Of a DNA stretch of 64,000 nt, positions 9,027-19,086 are shown piece after piece. The notes below the pieces were generated by a model. It was not told the origin of the DNA and did no database searches. It saw only the letters and a program-made list of their open reading frames with translations. Numbering within the stretch: the first letter of the stretch is position 1; each line of letters starts with the position of its first letter. Origin of the DNA: an uncultured cyanobacterium (GTDB lineage: Bacteria; Cyanobacteriota; Cyanobacteriia; Phormidesmidales; Phormidesmidaceae); the NCBI GenBank assembly GCA_963793265.1, contig CAWBZI010000003.1, positions 1 through 64,000 of the forward strand, written 5' to 3'. A program made the position numbers and the translations under genes.

Positions 9027-10285
9027 CCCTTCAGAATATCACTCAGGATTTGAATACCGCGTTCGGTAACCGCTGGGGGCAGTGAAAAATTAAGGCGCAG
9101 TGCGGGATAGCCTTGATGGGTGGGGAAGAACGCAGCGCCCGAGCCAACGAGAACCTTTTGGGCAGCAGCAGCAGCACACACCGCCATCACACAAAGAGAA
9201 TCGGGGAGCTGAATCCATAGAAACGTGCCACCGTTCGGGACTGTCCAGGTGACATTTGCCGGAAAGTGGCGGAGGAGGGCGGCGATCATGTGATCGCGGC
9301 GCTCGCGGTGCAAACTTCGCAGTTGGTTCAGGCGGCGGCGGTAGTGCCCTGAGGATAGATACTCTTTGATGATGGCTTGAGAGGCGGTGGAAACGTGGAA
9401 GTCGTGAAGCAGCTTGCGCTCAATAATGGACTGGCTTTCGGCTCCGGTAATAGCCATGTAGCCGACCCGCAGTCCTGGCATTAGGGTTTTGGAGAAGGTG
9501 CCCACGTAGATGACGTGATCGCTCGTATCAAAGAACGCCGTTAGCGTCATAGGAATACCGACGATTTGGGCGTTTCGCTGCTGAAGGCTGGAAAGGAAAC
9601 CGTGATAGGTAGGCGCTTCGACCATGACGCGATCGCCCGGTGCGACAAAGTGTTCGACTAAAAGAGAGAGTGACTGCATAGAGCCGCTGGTCACAATGAG
9701 ATTTTCAGGAGAGATTTCTAGCCCTTGCTGAATGAGAAGCTGGGTAATTTGCTGACGCAGGCCCAAGTCGCCCTGTGGATCGCCGGGATGAAAAAAGGTG
9801 TGTGCTTCTTTCATCGCTCGGCGGGCGATCCGCTGAAGATCTTCGAGGCCGCTTGGCTGAGGAAAGCCAAGGCCAAAGTCGATGTAGTTGTCCTGCGCGT
9901 GGGTGTGTAGCGAGGCGGCGTAGATTTTAGGAAAAGCATTGATCCCGTGAGTCGGAATGATGACTTCTTGGGCGGGATTGAACTGGCGGCTGCGCTCTAC
10001 TGGGCGAGACTCGGGGGAAATTACTTTCGGCGCAGTCGCTCGATAGCCAGGCGGATTAATAAAAAAGCCCGATCCCTGTTTGGCTCGCACCAGGCCATCG
10101 GCTTCGAGCACACTGTAGGCTTCGAGCACAGTGAGCTTGTTTACTTTCACCGTTTGGGCCAGTACGCGAATAGAAGGAAGCTGGGCGTCAGGAGGCAGAT
10201 GGCCGGTTTGGATGAGGTGGCCGATGCGATCGCGTATTTGCAGATAAATGGGCTGCTTAGCCTGACGATTAAGCGGAATTTTCAT
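9023..10285 (-). CDS. MocR/GabR-family GntR regulator with an apparent in-frame internal deletion
   Basis: GntR wHTH (PIYLQI...LPSIRVLA...GSGFFI) plus aminotransferase-like domain (VEAPTY, GTFSKTLMPGLRVGY); the NPTG and EDxxY segment is missing. Confidence 0.85.
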   Translation of the reverse strand: MKIPLNRQAKQPIYLQIRDRIGHLIQTGHLPPDAQLPSIRVLAQTVKVNKLTVLEAYSVLEADGLVRAKQGSGFFINPPGYRATAPKVISPESRPVERSRQFNPAQEVIIPTHGINAFPKIYAASLHTHAQDNYIDFGLGFPQPSGLEDLQRIARRAMKEAHTFFHPGDPQGDLGLRQQITQLLIQQGLEISPENLIVTSGSMQSLSLLVEHFVAPGDRVMVEAPTYHGFLSSLQQRNAQIVGIPMTLTAFFDTSDHVIYVGTFSKTLMPGLRVGYMAITGAESQSIIERKLLHDFHVSTASQAIIKEYLSSGHYRRRLNQLRSLHRERRDHMIAALLRHFPANVTWTVPNGGTFLWIQLPDSLCVMAVCAAAAAQKVLVGSGAAFFPTHQGYPALRLNFSLPPAVTERGIQILSDILKG

Positions 10286-10583
10286 GGGCCTACGTTTGAT
10301 GTGTGCCATCGTCACAGCCTACCGGATCGTCAAACAGGCCGCACGGTACAGTTTTTGAAACTTTAGCTAGAACACTTTTGTTTTTCCCTAACTGTTCTAG
10401 CCGTAGGAATAGCTGACTTGATGTTTGGCTAAAGTATGGAGTTGTCATAAACGATTTTGTATAGATGTCTAAAAGACGGTGCGTGTATAGCATCCGATAG
10501 GCTATCGTGACCGTACTTATACGTAGTTAAGAAGTACGTAGGAATAAGGAGTGGCCTCTGGCGCTGTCATTCGTAATTTGGGT

Positions 10584-12206
10584 ATGAACTGTTTAGAGCT
10601 ATTGGCGAGCGGGGTAGAGCAATGGAATCAGTGGCGATCGCTGAATCCTGACGAGCCCTGTGATTTTTCGGGCCAAGATCTAAGCGCCTGCTTTGGCTTT
10701 GAGGGCAACTTCAGCCGGGTCAACTTTAGCGGCGCTAACTTACAAAGGGCGTGCTTTATTGGCGCTAATCTTGAAGGGGCTGACCTCAGCGGCGCTGACC
10801 TGCGAGGCGCGTATTTAGGAGATGCCAATTTACGCAGCGCTAACTTGAGCCGGTCAAAGCTTGCAGGAACCCATTTAGATAGAGCTGATTTGCGAGAAGC
10901 TAACTTACATGGGGCAAATGTTGCAGAAGCCAATACTCACAAAGCGATATTTACGCCAGCCGTAGGAGAGAATTCTATTGAGCATCAGGAAGAACCGCAG
11001 CCTACATCGAGCTTAGTAAAAACGGCTGCTCCCGAACTATCCTCGCAAGATCTCCTCAACAAAGAGGCAAAGAAAAAAGAGAATGCAAGCGACGGCCGTC
11101 AGAGCAATTTGCTAGCACCGCGCCGAGAAACTGGGAAAATAGCAACTGGACTGATAGCGGCAACTGGCGCTGTTTCAGTTTTAATCGGGCTCTCTTTACT
11201 GTCACTTCCTCGCAGCGATAGCTTCGCTGTCAATGATGCTACGGGCACCGATGCCGCAAGTACCGATACTGCAAATACCAACATCACAGAAAATCGCTCC
11301 CCTAACTTTCAACTGGCCCAGTCTGTAGAGGAGGGTGCTGAAGTGTGGGCGATCGCAGCTCATTCAGAGGTTGGTGGGAGCCCGGTCGTGGTCAGTGGCA
11401 ACAACAACGGCAACCTTGACATCTGGAATCAGACCACAGGAGGACTGGAGCGATCGCTAGAGGGCCATAGTGATACAGTGCGATCGCTGGCAGTCTCAAG
11501 CTCTGGCCAATACCTCGCTAGCAGCAGCTCTGATGGCATCAAAGTATGGGAGCCTGCAACGGGCGCGCTGGACTACAGCCTGCCCGTTGCAGGCTCGCCG
11601 GTATGGTCGGTAAGCATTAGCCCTGATGAAACAACGCTGGTGAGCAGCGACTATACAGGCAACATTGCGGTGCGAAAGCTAGAGAATGGAGAGTTGATTT
11701 ATAACCTGGAGAATGATGCGACGGTATGGTCGGTGGTAGTGGCTCCTGATGGTGAGTCTTTTGTGAGTGGGGGAAGCGGTCGCACTATCAAACAGTGGGA
11801 TTTGGCGACAGGCGAGCTGATTAGAGAGTTTGAAGGGCATGACGATGCGGTGCGATCGCTGGCTATTAGCAGTGATGGCAAGACATTGGTTAGTGGGAGT
11901 TGGGACAGCACTATTAAGCTATGGGACTTGGCGACAGGTGAGCTGATGTCTACGCTGAGTGGCCATGATGATCGCGTGGTGAGCGTGGCGATTAGTCCTG
12001 ATGGTAAAACGCTGGCAAGTGGCAGCGTCGATACGACCTTAAGGCTTTGGGATGTGAGCGCAGGCGAGTCAATTAGTATTTTAGAAGATAATACTGATTG
12101 GATTTTGGCAGTGGCGTTTGAGATAGCAGCGCCAGATCAGCCGTTAGAGGAAGCGGTGCTGGTGAGCGGTGGGAAGGATGAGCAGGTGAATATTTGGCGG
12201 CGGTAA
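10584..12206 (+). CDS. Pentapeptide-repeat / TM / WD40-repeat protein
   Basis: N-terminal A(D/N)Lxx repeats, hydrophobic segment GLIAATGAVSVLIGLSLLSL, and about 7 GH...WD repeats. Confidence 0.88.
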   Translation: MNCLELLASGVEQWNQWRSLNPDEPCDFSGQDLSACFGFEGNFSRVNFSGANLQRACFIGANLEGADLSGADLRGAYLGDANLRSANLSRSKLAGTHLDRADLREANLHGANVAEANTHKAIFTPAVGENSIEHQEEPQPTSSLVKTAAPELSSQDLLNKEAKKKENASDGRQSNLLAPRRETGKIATGLIAATGAVSVLIGLSLLSLPRSDSFAVNDATGTDAASTDTANTNITENRSPNFQLAQSVEEGAEVWAIAAHSEVGGSPVVVSGNNNGNLDIWNQTTGGLERSLEGHSDTVRSLAVSSSGQYLASSSSDGIKVWEPATGALDYSLPVAGSPVWSVSISPDETTLVSSDYTGNIAVRKLENGELIYNLENDATVWSVVVAPDGESFVSGGSGRTIKQWDLATGELIREFEGHDDAVRSLAISSDGKTLVSGSWDSTIKLWDLATGELMSTLSGHDDRVVSVAISPDGKTLASGSVDTTLRLWDVSAGESISILEDNTDWILAVAFEIAAPDQPLEEAVLVSGGKDEQVNIWRR

Positions 12207-12319
12207 GTGGGTTCTAGCGCGTAATTGTTCTATTCAAATCAAACAAAAGCGTACCTTCCGGCAGTAGCACCTCAACAGTCATAGTAAGGGTGTTGTCACC
12301 AGATAAAAGGCTAGTAGCG

Positions 12320-12610
12320 ATGGACTCTCACTTTGCACATCAAGGCGATCGCACCCTAGAAATAGAATTCAGTCAAAGACTTCAACAGTCTCCTTTCTTC
12401 AAAGAATCACCCACCCCACTGCCGCAAAAGTGGTTCAAGCAATGGGCGCAAGCAGTCGTTGACTATCTCACAGGCGCTCAGGCTTTATCTATTCGCCAAA
12501 AGCTTTGTAAGGACGGCAGTGTGCAATGGATAGCCTACGATCCATACACTCGCAGTCGCCACGTTTTCAGCTCTGAGCAAGCCGTTCGAGTTTGGTTAGA
12601 GCAGCGATGA
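12320..12610 (+). CDS. Conserved cyanobacterial hypothetical protein
   Basis: C-terminal WIAYDP...FSSEQAVRVWLEQR resembles a small protein family I recall from cyanobacteria. Confidence 0.6.
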   Translation: MDSHFAHQGDRTLEIEFSQRLQQSPFFKESPTPLPQKWFKQWAQAVVDYLTGAQALSIRQKLCKDGSVQWIAYDPYTRSRHVFSSEQAVRVWLEQR

Positions 12611-12750
12611 GCTGTTTTGACACACCGCGTTAAGAGGCTTTTTGTCTGATTCAGTGCGGCTGAAATGGTTCAATATGGCTATGGGCGGTTTGCTCGCAGC
12701 TAGCGTTGTTTTACTGTTGAAATAACCTAAACAAAATATAGGAGAACGCA

Positions 12751-13599
12751 ATGGGACTAACGGTTATTCAGGTAGATGCTTTTACCAACAAGCCTTTTTC
12801 GGGCAATCCAGCGGCGATATGCGTAACAGATGAGCCTTTAGATGATGGGCTAATGCAGGCGATCGCAGTTGAAATGAATCTCTCCGAAACCGCCTTCCTC
12901 TATCCTCTTAAAGATGGCCCAATCGAAGGCGGCTATAGCCTGCGCTGGTTCACGCCTGCTACAGAAGTAGACCTGTGCGGCCATGCCACCCTAGCGGCTT
13001 CGCATGTGCTGTGGAGCGAAGGCCATATTGCCTCAGCCGACACTGCCCGATTCAATACGCGCTCCGGCTGGCTTAGCGCGACTCAAAAGGAAGACGGCTG
13101 GATTGAAATGGACTTTCCATCGCGCGCTGTACGCTCAGCCCACGTGATGCCACAGCTCATTAGCGCGCTGTGCTGCGGTGGCAATATTCGCTCTGTTTCT
13201 AAAAACGATAAGCACTATTTAGTAGAGCTGCATTCCGAGACGGCCCTGCGCGGACTAGAGCCTAATTTTGATGAGATGAGTAAGCTGCCGGTGCAGGGGG
13301 TGATTGCTACTGCGATCGCTGACAGTGAAGGCTACGATTTTGTCAGCCGCTACTTCGCCCCTAGCGTCGGCGTCAGCGAAGATCCGGTGACGGGCTCAGC
13401 CCATGCCGAACTTGCGCCCTACTGGCAAGAAAAGCTCGAAAAATCTCAGATGATGGCGCAGCAAGTCTCTAAGCGAGGCGGCGTGATTCGAGTAGAGTGC
13501 GTTGAGGCGGGTGCTGAGGGCTCGGATAAGGAAGGTAGAGTACTGATTAGCGGGCAGGCAGTTGTCACACTTAAGGGCGAGCTGTTCTTCTCTATCTAG
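12751..13599 (+). CDS. PhzF family isomerase
   Basis: QVDAFT, GNPAA, EMNLSETAF, LRWFTPATEVDLCGHATLA and EDPVTGSAH motifs. Confidence 0.95.
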   Translation: MGLTVIQVDAFTNKPFSGNPAAICVTDEPLDDGLMQAIAVEMNLSETAFLYPLKDGPIEGGYSLRWFTPATEVDLCGHATLAASHVLWSEGHIASADTARFNTRSGWLSATQKEDGWIEMDFPSRAVRSAHVMPQLISALCCGGNIRSVSKNDKHYLVELHSETALRGLEPNFDEMSKLPVQGVIATAIADSEGYDFVSRYFAPSVGVSEDPVTGSAHAELAPYWQEKLEKSQMMAQQVSKRGGVIRVECVEAGAEGSDKEGRVLISGQAVVTLKGELFFSI

Positions 13600-13605
13600 G
13601 AGCCA

Positions 13606-14319
13606 TCATTCGTATAGCCCTTGAAGATAAGATTCTCCGCCAAGCTGATTCATCTGGCCAAGGATCCAGTTTTGGCGATCTATTACGACCCAATCAGGAT
13701 TCGCCAGGCTGTATAGCTCTGGGCCGGGGAGTACTGCCGCGAGCAGGGCGGCTTCTGTGGCGGTAAGGTCACGCGCGGAGACTTGAAAAAAGGTTTGGCT
13801 GGCGGTTTCTACGCCAAAGGTGCGATCGCTGAACTGGGCAATGTTCAAATACATTTCTAAGATTCGCTGTTTGTTCCACGTCAGCTCGATAAGGAACGTC
13901 AGCCAGGCTTCTATACCTTTGCGAAAAAAGCCGCCCCCCGGCCAAAGGAAAAGGTTTTTGGCAACCTGCTGAGAAATGGTGCTGGCCCCGCGCAGATTAG
14001 CGCCATTTTCGGCATCTCTAAGCGCCGCGTTGATAGCGTCCAGGTCAAATCCGTTGTGGATAGGGAAACGTTGGTCTTCGGCAGCGATCGCCGCAATCGC
14101 CATATTGGGCGAAATCTGTTCATAGGGCTGCCAGCGGTAAGCATAGAGCCCATTGCGCAAGCCGGTTTGGATCATAAAGCTGGTAGTTGGCGGTGGCACG
14201 AACCGCAGTAGCAGCACTAGCACTATCGACGCGACCCACGGCCAAAAAAAGAGACGAGCGACCCACCAGAGAATGCGAGACAGACGGAAGCGTTTTTTGC
14301 CTTTATTGCTTCTGTACAT
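13606..14319 (-). CDS. mtgA: Monofunctional peptidoglycan transglycosylase
   Basis: AAEDQRF, GASTISQQVAKNLFLW, RKGIEA and ILEMYLN GT51 motifs; N-terminal TM. Confidence 0.95.
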   Translation of the reverse strand: MYRSNKGKKRFRLSRILWWVARLFFWPWVASIVLVLLLRFVPPPTTSFMIQTGLRNGLYAYRWQPYEQISPNMAIAAIAAEDQRFPIHNGFDLDAINAALRDAENGANLRGASTISQQVAKNLFLWPGGGFFRKGIEAWLTFLIELTWNKQRILEMYLNIAQFSDRTFGVETASQTFFQVSARDLTATEAALLAAVLPGPELYSLANPDWVVIDRQNWILGQMNQLGGESYLQGLYE

Positions 14320-14355
14320 AAAAACTTTACTATAACTTTTGTACTATAGCTGCTG

Positions 14356-16173
14356 TCATTGAGACAGGCTTTCTTTTATCCGGCGGATTTTTTCGGGAGA
14401 CGGCGCGCTGCCCTTTGTCAGGCTCTCAAAGAGAATAATGTTCTCTTCTGTTTCAAAGAAATCTGAGTCGAACTGATCTAGTATTCTTCTCGCATAGAAT
14501 TCCATACACTTTCTTTCAAACGTTTTTGGCTTTAAAGAAGACATGCCAGATATAGGCTTAGAAACGCCCCCAACAGGTTTATTGTTTTGGTTTCTAAACA
14601 TGTCAGTATAGCGCAAGCAGTTTAATATCTCGTTAGATCTTTTTCTTGATAGCATGTCCACATTATCACGCATATTTTTCGATATTTCATTGAAATTCGT
14701 AGGCTCATCTAAACCGTTCATTAATTTAACGAGTTCGTCAAACGCTAGCGGCCTGCACTCCGGTGCCAAATTTAGATTGTGCTTTTTAAAGAAGCTCTCA
14801 AGACTATCACTATCGATATTGTCTGAAGTAGAATTATTCACCTCATCTTCATCCTCATCGTTCTCACTTTGACTAATGCCATAGGACACGATGCTCTCTT
14901 TAATTCTAACTAGGAAATCATTCTGATCTGCAACGGTTATATTCCAGTGATGGTTGCGAAGATGCGCTTCTGTTTCGTCAATATCAAGAACGACGAAAAT
15001 AGCATTCGAGGCATTGAGGTTCAATCTCTTTCGATGGGTATCAAACTTCTCTAGACCTTCGTGATAGCGCTGGGTTGCTTTACATTCAATCAGTAAAGGG
15101 TTGCCGTTGACCAAGAAAAACAAATCGAGTTCTGATAAGTCTCCATTGGGATATACAACTTTTGGGTTTCTAAGATACTGATAGTCAATTCCTTCTGAGT
15201 CAAATAATTCAATTACTTTGTCATAGATAAACCGTTCAAACCAGGCTCCGTCTAAAAAGCCTTTCACATCTGGTCTATCGTAAGAAGTCGCCGTGATGAA
15301 GTCTTCACTATCTTTCCTTTTGACTATTTTTCCGCGCTTCAAGTAATCGCTCGATATCAGCTTTTTAAGATATTGATTGTGAATTCTCTTTGCGCCTGAA
15401 TCGTACGTCGCTAGCCTGAGCTGAGTACTTTTTCCTGCACTAGCTCTCAGTTTGTTGTGAAAGTGTTTCAGTATAGAATAGTTATCACCAAGATATAGCG
15501 ATAGCTTATCTAAAAGCGCGTCTATTCTAGGATCAGGTTCATAATAGTTCTCGACCTCAATTCCTTTTCCTCTAAACCATTCGATTGTGGTTTGAGCGGC
15601 TTCCTCATCCTGGGTTTCTTCAACGGCTTCCTCGACTATCTTTTTCGAATAGATATCTGGTTTCTGAGTAATTTTCGTTTGGGTATCAATAGAATCTACT
15701 TTGCGTTCTAATCCCTCGATAGCGGCCTTAATATGCTCAAGTTGAGCCGACTTTACTGAGTCTTGAGAGACTTTGGATTCTATTGCCTTTAATTGCGCTT
15801 TGATACTATTGAGTTCGTTCGGCTTTACAATATCTCTCTCTGTCTGAGGCTGTAATGTACCCTTAATTTCAGCAATATTAGTTTCATGAACCTGAGTCGC
15901 CCGTGAGATTGATTCGGTGACCTGTGCGGACTGGGTAATGAGATCTCTTAGGTTATGGACTTCTATTTGTTGTTCTCTATCCTCTACTCTCTGACGAGAA
16001 GCAATTTGCCTGAGGCGTTTATCATTCCTCACATGTCCGGTAGCTGCTGCGACGCCAGCAAATGATCCGACAAGCGCGCCCTTAGCCTGCTGCGGCATCA
16101 GCCAAAACCCTGCTGCGCCAAAGATGACACCTGAAGCAACCACTATGAGAGAATTTTGCGTTTTATCGTTCAT
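14356..16173 (-). CDS. Membrane-anchored coiled-coil protein with Card1/DUF1887-like PD-(D/E)xK nuclease domain
   Basis: Two N-terminal hydrophobic segments, a coiled coil, then FLDGAWFERFIY...ELDLFFLVNGNPLLIECK. AT-rich, and no HIP1 seen. Confidence 0.6.
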   Translation of the reverse strand: MNDKTQNSLIVVASGVIFGAAGFWLMPQQAKGALVGSFAGVAAATGHVRNDKRLRQIASRQRVEDREQQIEVHNLRDLITQSAQVTESISRATQVHETNIAEIKGTLQPQTERDIVKPNELNSIKAQLKAIESKVSQDSVKSAQLEHIKAAIEGLERKVDSIDTQTKITQKPDIYSKKIVEEAVEETQDEEAAQTTIEWFRGKGIEVENYYEPDPRIDALLDKLSLYLGDNYSILKHFHNKLRASAGKSTQLRLATYDSGAKRIHNQYLKKLISSDYLKRGKIVKRKDSEDFITATSYDRPDVKGFLDGAWFERFIYDKVIELFDSEGIDYQYLRNPKVVYPNGDLSELDLFFLVNGNPLLIECKATQRYHEGLEKFDTHRKRLNLNASNAIFVVLDIDETEAHLRNHHWNITVADQNDFLVRIKESIVSYGISQSENDEDEDEVNNSTSDNIDSDSLESFFKKHNLNLAPECRPLAFDELVKLMNGLDEPTNFNEISKNMRDNVDMLSRKRSNEILNCLRYTDMFRNQNNKPVGGVSKPISGMSSLKPKTFERKCMEFYARRILDQFDSDFFETEENIILFESLTKGSAPSPEKIRRIKESLSQ

Positions 16174-16547
16174 TGTAGATGAGTTTGTATAAGGTTTAGA
16201 CGGTAGAGTGTGATCGCCTGGTCTTGTTTTTTTGTATAAGCCTCAAAGCGAGGCAATTAGATAAAATTAAAAGCGCGTTTTACTAAACGATAGTGAACGC
16301 AAGTATAGTAGACGATCTTAAGTCTATACAAAGTGCTCAGGCAAGCTTACGGACTTTATCAAACGTCTTTACGTTTGATCTATTGAGGGGTCTATCTGCG
16401 TAATGCCACAGAGCGAGGTTCTGAGTATCACAGTGTCGGAACTCGCGTCGTCGCAATTCGTACACTTTTACGGGATAGAAAAGTGATATTTATGATACAT
16501 GCGTGTTTTGCGTGTTCCTTTTTAAGCAGGCGTTCTGCAGCGTGGCT

Positions 16548-17999
16548 ATGCCTTTTGATACCTACGATCCAGGCGATTTTTACGACGAACTTTTTACCGC
16601 AACCGGGGCTCCTCGCAAGGCGGCGACGCTGCTGATAGAGCGGCTAGGCTCAATTGCGATTGAAGACTTGGTGCGCCGTCAGCAGGCCGCTCAAAACACC
16701 CTGTTCCGCCAGGGCGTGACGTTTAATGTGTATGGCGACGAGCAGGGCGCTGAAAAGGTGTTTCCCTTTGACGTGGTGCCGCGCGTGGTGCCGGGGCGAG
16801 AGTGGCAGTGGCTAGAGAAAGGCTTGCAGCAGCGAATTACGGCGCTCAACTGCTTTTTAGACGATATTTATAACGCGCAGAAGATTATTGCCAATGGCAT
16901 TATTCCACGGGCGACGGTAGAGTCGGCGTCTGGGTTTCTGCCGCCCTGTATGGGGCTGAAGCCGCCAAGAGGGGTGTGGTGCCATATTACCGGGACGGAT
17001 TTGGTGCGCGATCGCAAAGGAAAATGGTACGTCCTCGAAGATAATTTGCGCTGCCCGTCAGGAGCTTCATACGTGCTAGAAAACCGGGCCGTGATGAAAA
17101 GCTCGTTTCCGCACTTGTTTGAGGCAATGGATATAAAAGCTGTTGACGACTACCCGAGCCAGCTCCTTCGCACTTTGTTGCAGCTAGCCCCTGATAGCAT
17201 CAGCAGGCCAACGGTGGTGCTGTTGACGCCTGGAGCCTTTAATTCTGCCTACTTTGAGCATTCATTTTTAGCGCAGCAGATGGGCATCACCCTGGTAGAA
17301 GGACGCGATTTGGTGGTGGATGATGGCTATGTAAAAATGCGAACGACGAAGGGGCTGTGTCAGGTCGATGTGATTTACCGGCGGATTGATGATGATTTTA
17401 TTGACTCAAGAGAGTTTCGGAAAGATTCTATGCTGGGGGTGCCGGGGCTGATGGAGGTGTACCGGCAGGGAAGGGTGGCGATCGCGAATGCGCCGGGCAC
17501 TGGGATTGCTGACGATAAGCTCGTGTATGCCTATGTGCCAGAGATGATTCGCTACTACCTGAATGAAGAACAGATTATTCCAAATGTGCCTACTTACTTT
17601 TGTGAAGATGAAAAGCAACAGGCGCATGTGTTGCAAAACTTGGATTCGCTGGTGGTGAAGGCAACCGATGCCTCGGGTGGGTATGGGATGCTGATTGGCC
17701 CGCAGTCAGAGAAAGTTGAACAGGATGAGTTTGCCGAGAAAATTAAAGGCAATCCGAGAGGGTATATTGCGCAGCCGACGCTTTGTTTATCGAGATCGCC
17801 CACGCTGATTGATGGCTCTTTTCAGGGGCGACATGTCGATTTGAGGCCGTTCATTTTGTATGGACAAACGGGACAGAGCGCGCCCTACGTGAATCCTGGC
17901 GGACTGACACGGGTGGCGCTAAAAAAGGGATCGCTAGTGGTGAATTCGTCGCAGGGCGGCGGCAGTAAGGATACTTGGGTGGTGAATGCTTATGCTTAG
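16548..17999 (+). CDS. Circularly permuted type 2 ATP-grasp protein
   Basis: PFDVVPR, VLEDNLRCPSGASY, NSAYFEH, DVIYRRIDD, GGLTRVAL and VVNSSQGGGSKDTWV motifs. Confidence 0.95.
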   Translation: MPFDTYDPGDFYDELFTATGAPRKAATLLIERLGSIAIEDLVRRQQAAQNTLFRQGVTFNVYGDEQGAEKVFPFDVVPRVVPGREWQWLEKGLQQRITALNCFLDDIYNAQKIIANGIIPRATVESASGFLPPCMGLKPPRGVWCHITGTDLVRDRKGKWYVLEDNLRCPSGASYVLENRAVMKSSFPHLFEAMDIKAVDDYPSQLLRTLLQLAPDSISRPTVVLLTPGAFNSAYFEHSFLAQQMGITLVEGRDLVVDDGYVKMRTTKGLCQVDVIYRRIDDDFIDSREFRKDSMLGVPGLMEVYRQGRVAIANAPGTGIADDKLVYAYVPEMIRYYLNEEQIIPNVPTYFCEDEKQQAHVLQNLDSLVVKATDASGGYGMLIGPQSEKVEQDEFAEKIKGNPRGYIAQPTLCLSRSPTLIDGSFQGRHVDLRPFILYGQTGQSAPYVNPGGLTRVALKKGSLVVNSSQGGGSKDTWVVNAYA

Positions 18000-19083
18000 T
18001 CGCGTTGCTGATTCTATTTACTGGCTAAATCGCTATGTAGAGCGGGCCGAAAATGTGGCTCGCTTTATAGAAGTGAATCTTAATATGCTGATGGATAATC
18101 TGGTCGGGGTGTCCCAGCAGTGGGAGCCGCTGATTTCGGTGACGGGCGATCGCGAACTTTTCCATCAGCTCTACGCAGAGCCGACTAGCCACAACGTCCT
18201 TCAGTTCCTCACCTTCGACAGCCGCTCGCCAAACTCCGTGCGCTCCTGCGTTCGCGCCGCTAGAGAAAACGCCCGCTCCGTACGAGAAACTATCTCTTCT
18301 GAGATGTGGGAGCAAGTCAACAGCTTTTATCTGATGGTAGAAGACGCGGCCAAAAATAAGCCCGAAGACATTCAAGATATCTACGCTTTTTATGCCGAGG
18401 TCAAAATCGCCAGCCATCGATTTGTTGGCGTGATGAATGCGACTGCCTCCTGGAATGAGAGCTGGCACTTTGGCCGTTTGGGCCGCTACCTAGAAAGGGC
18501 CGACAAAACTAGCCGAATTTTAGATGTCAAATACTTTTTACTGCTGCCCTCTGTGACAGAAGTCGGTTCGCCGCTCGATAATTTGCAGTGGATTTCGCTG
18601 CTAAAGTCGGCGAGCGCCTATGAAATGTATCGTAAAACAGAACACACCATTTCGCCTACTGGCGTCGCCCGATTTCTCATCTTCGATCCGCACTTTCCGC
18701 GCTCTATCAAGTTCTGTTTGCGCCGAGCAGAAGAATCTTTGAAGGTGATTGCGGGGACTTCTGAGCAGGCGATGTTGAGTGAGCGTACGCTAGGCCGGTT
18801 AAGAGCTGAGCTAGAGTACGTCACGTTTGAAGAGATTTTTCAGCAGGGCCTCCACGAGTTTCTAGACGGCTTGCAGCAGCGGCTTAACCAGGTAGGAAGC
18901 TGCGTATATTCAGATTTTATCGCGATTCCACCTTCAGCTACGCGGCCAAAGGGATTGATTGAACCTCGAACAGGCGAGCCTCAAACAGACAAGCCTGAGA
19001 GAATGGAACAGTCTCAAACACCCTCTTTTAGTATGGAACAATCTTCTATTGCGGCCCCTTCACTCATCCGCGAGGTGAACTAA
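17992..19083 (+). CDS. Alpha-E domain protein (DUF403)
   Basis: MLSRVADSIYWLNRYVERAEN, ARENARSVRE, LGRYLERADKTSRILDVKY and FPRS motifs. Confidence 0.95.
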   Translation: MLSRVADSIYWLNRYVERAENVARFIEVNLNMLMDNLVGVSQQWEPLISVTGDRELFHQLYAEPTSHNVLQFLTFDSRSPNSVRSCVRAARENARSVRETISSEMWEQVNSFYLMVEDAAKNKPEDIQDIYAFYAEVKIASHRFVGVMNATASWNESWHFGRLGRYLERADKTSRILDVKYFLLLPSVTEVGSPLDNLQWISLLKSASAYEMYRKTEHTISPTGVARFLIFDPHFPRSIKFCLRRAEESLKVIAGTSEQAMLSERTLGRLRAELEYVTFEEIFQQGLHEFLDGLQQRLNQVGSCVYSDFIAIPPSATRPKGLIEPRTGEPQTDKPERMEQSQTPSFSMEQSSIAAPSLIREVN

Positions 19084-19086
19084 CTC

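Noticed and set aside
16483..16499. Possible NtcA site upstream of the ATP-grasp operon
   Set aside because: Reads GAT-N8-TAC rather than GTA-N8-TAC; too weak to call.
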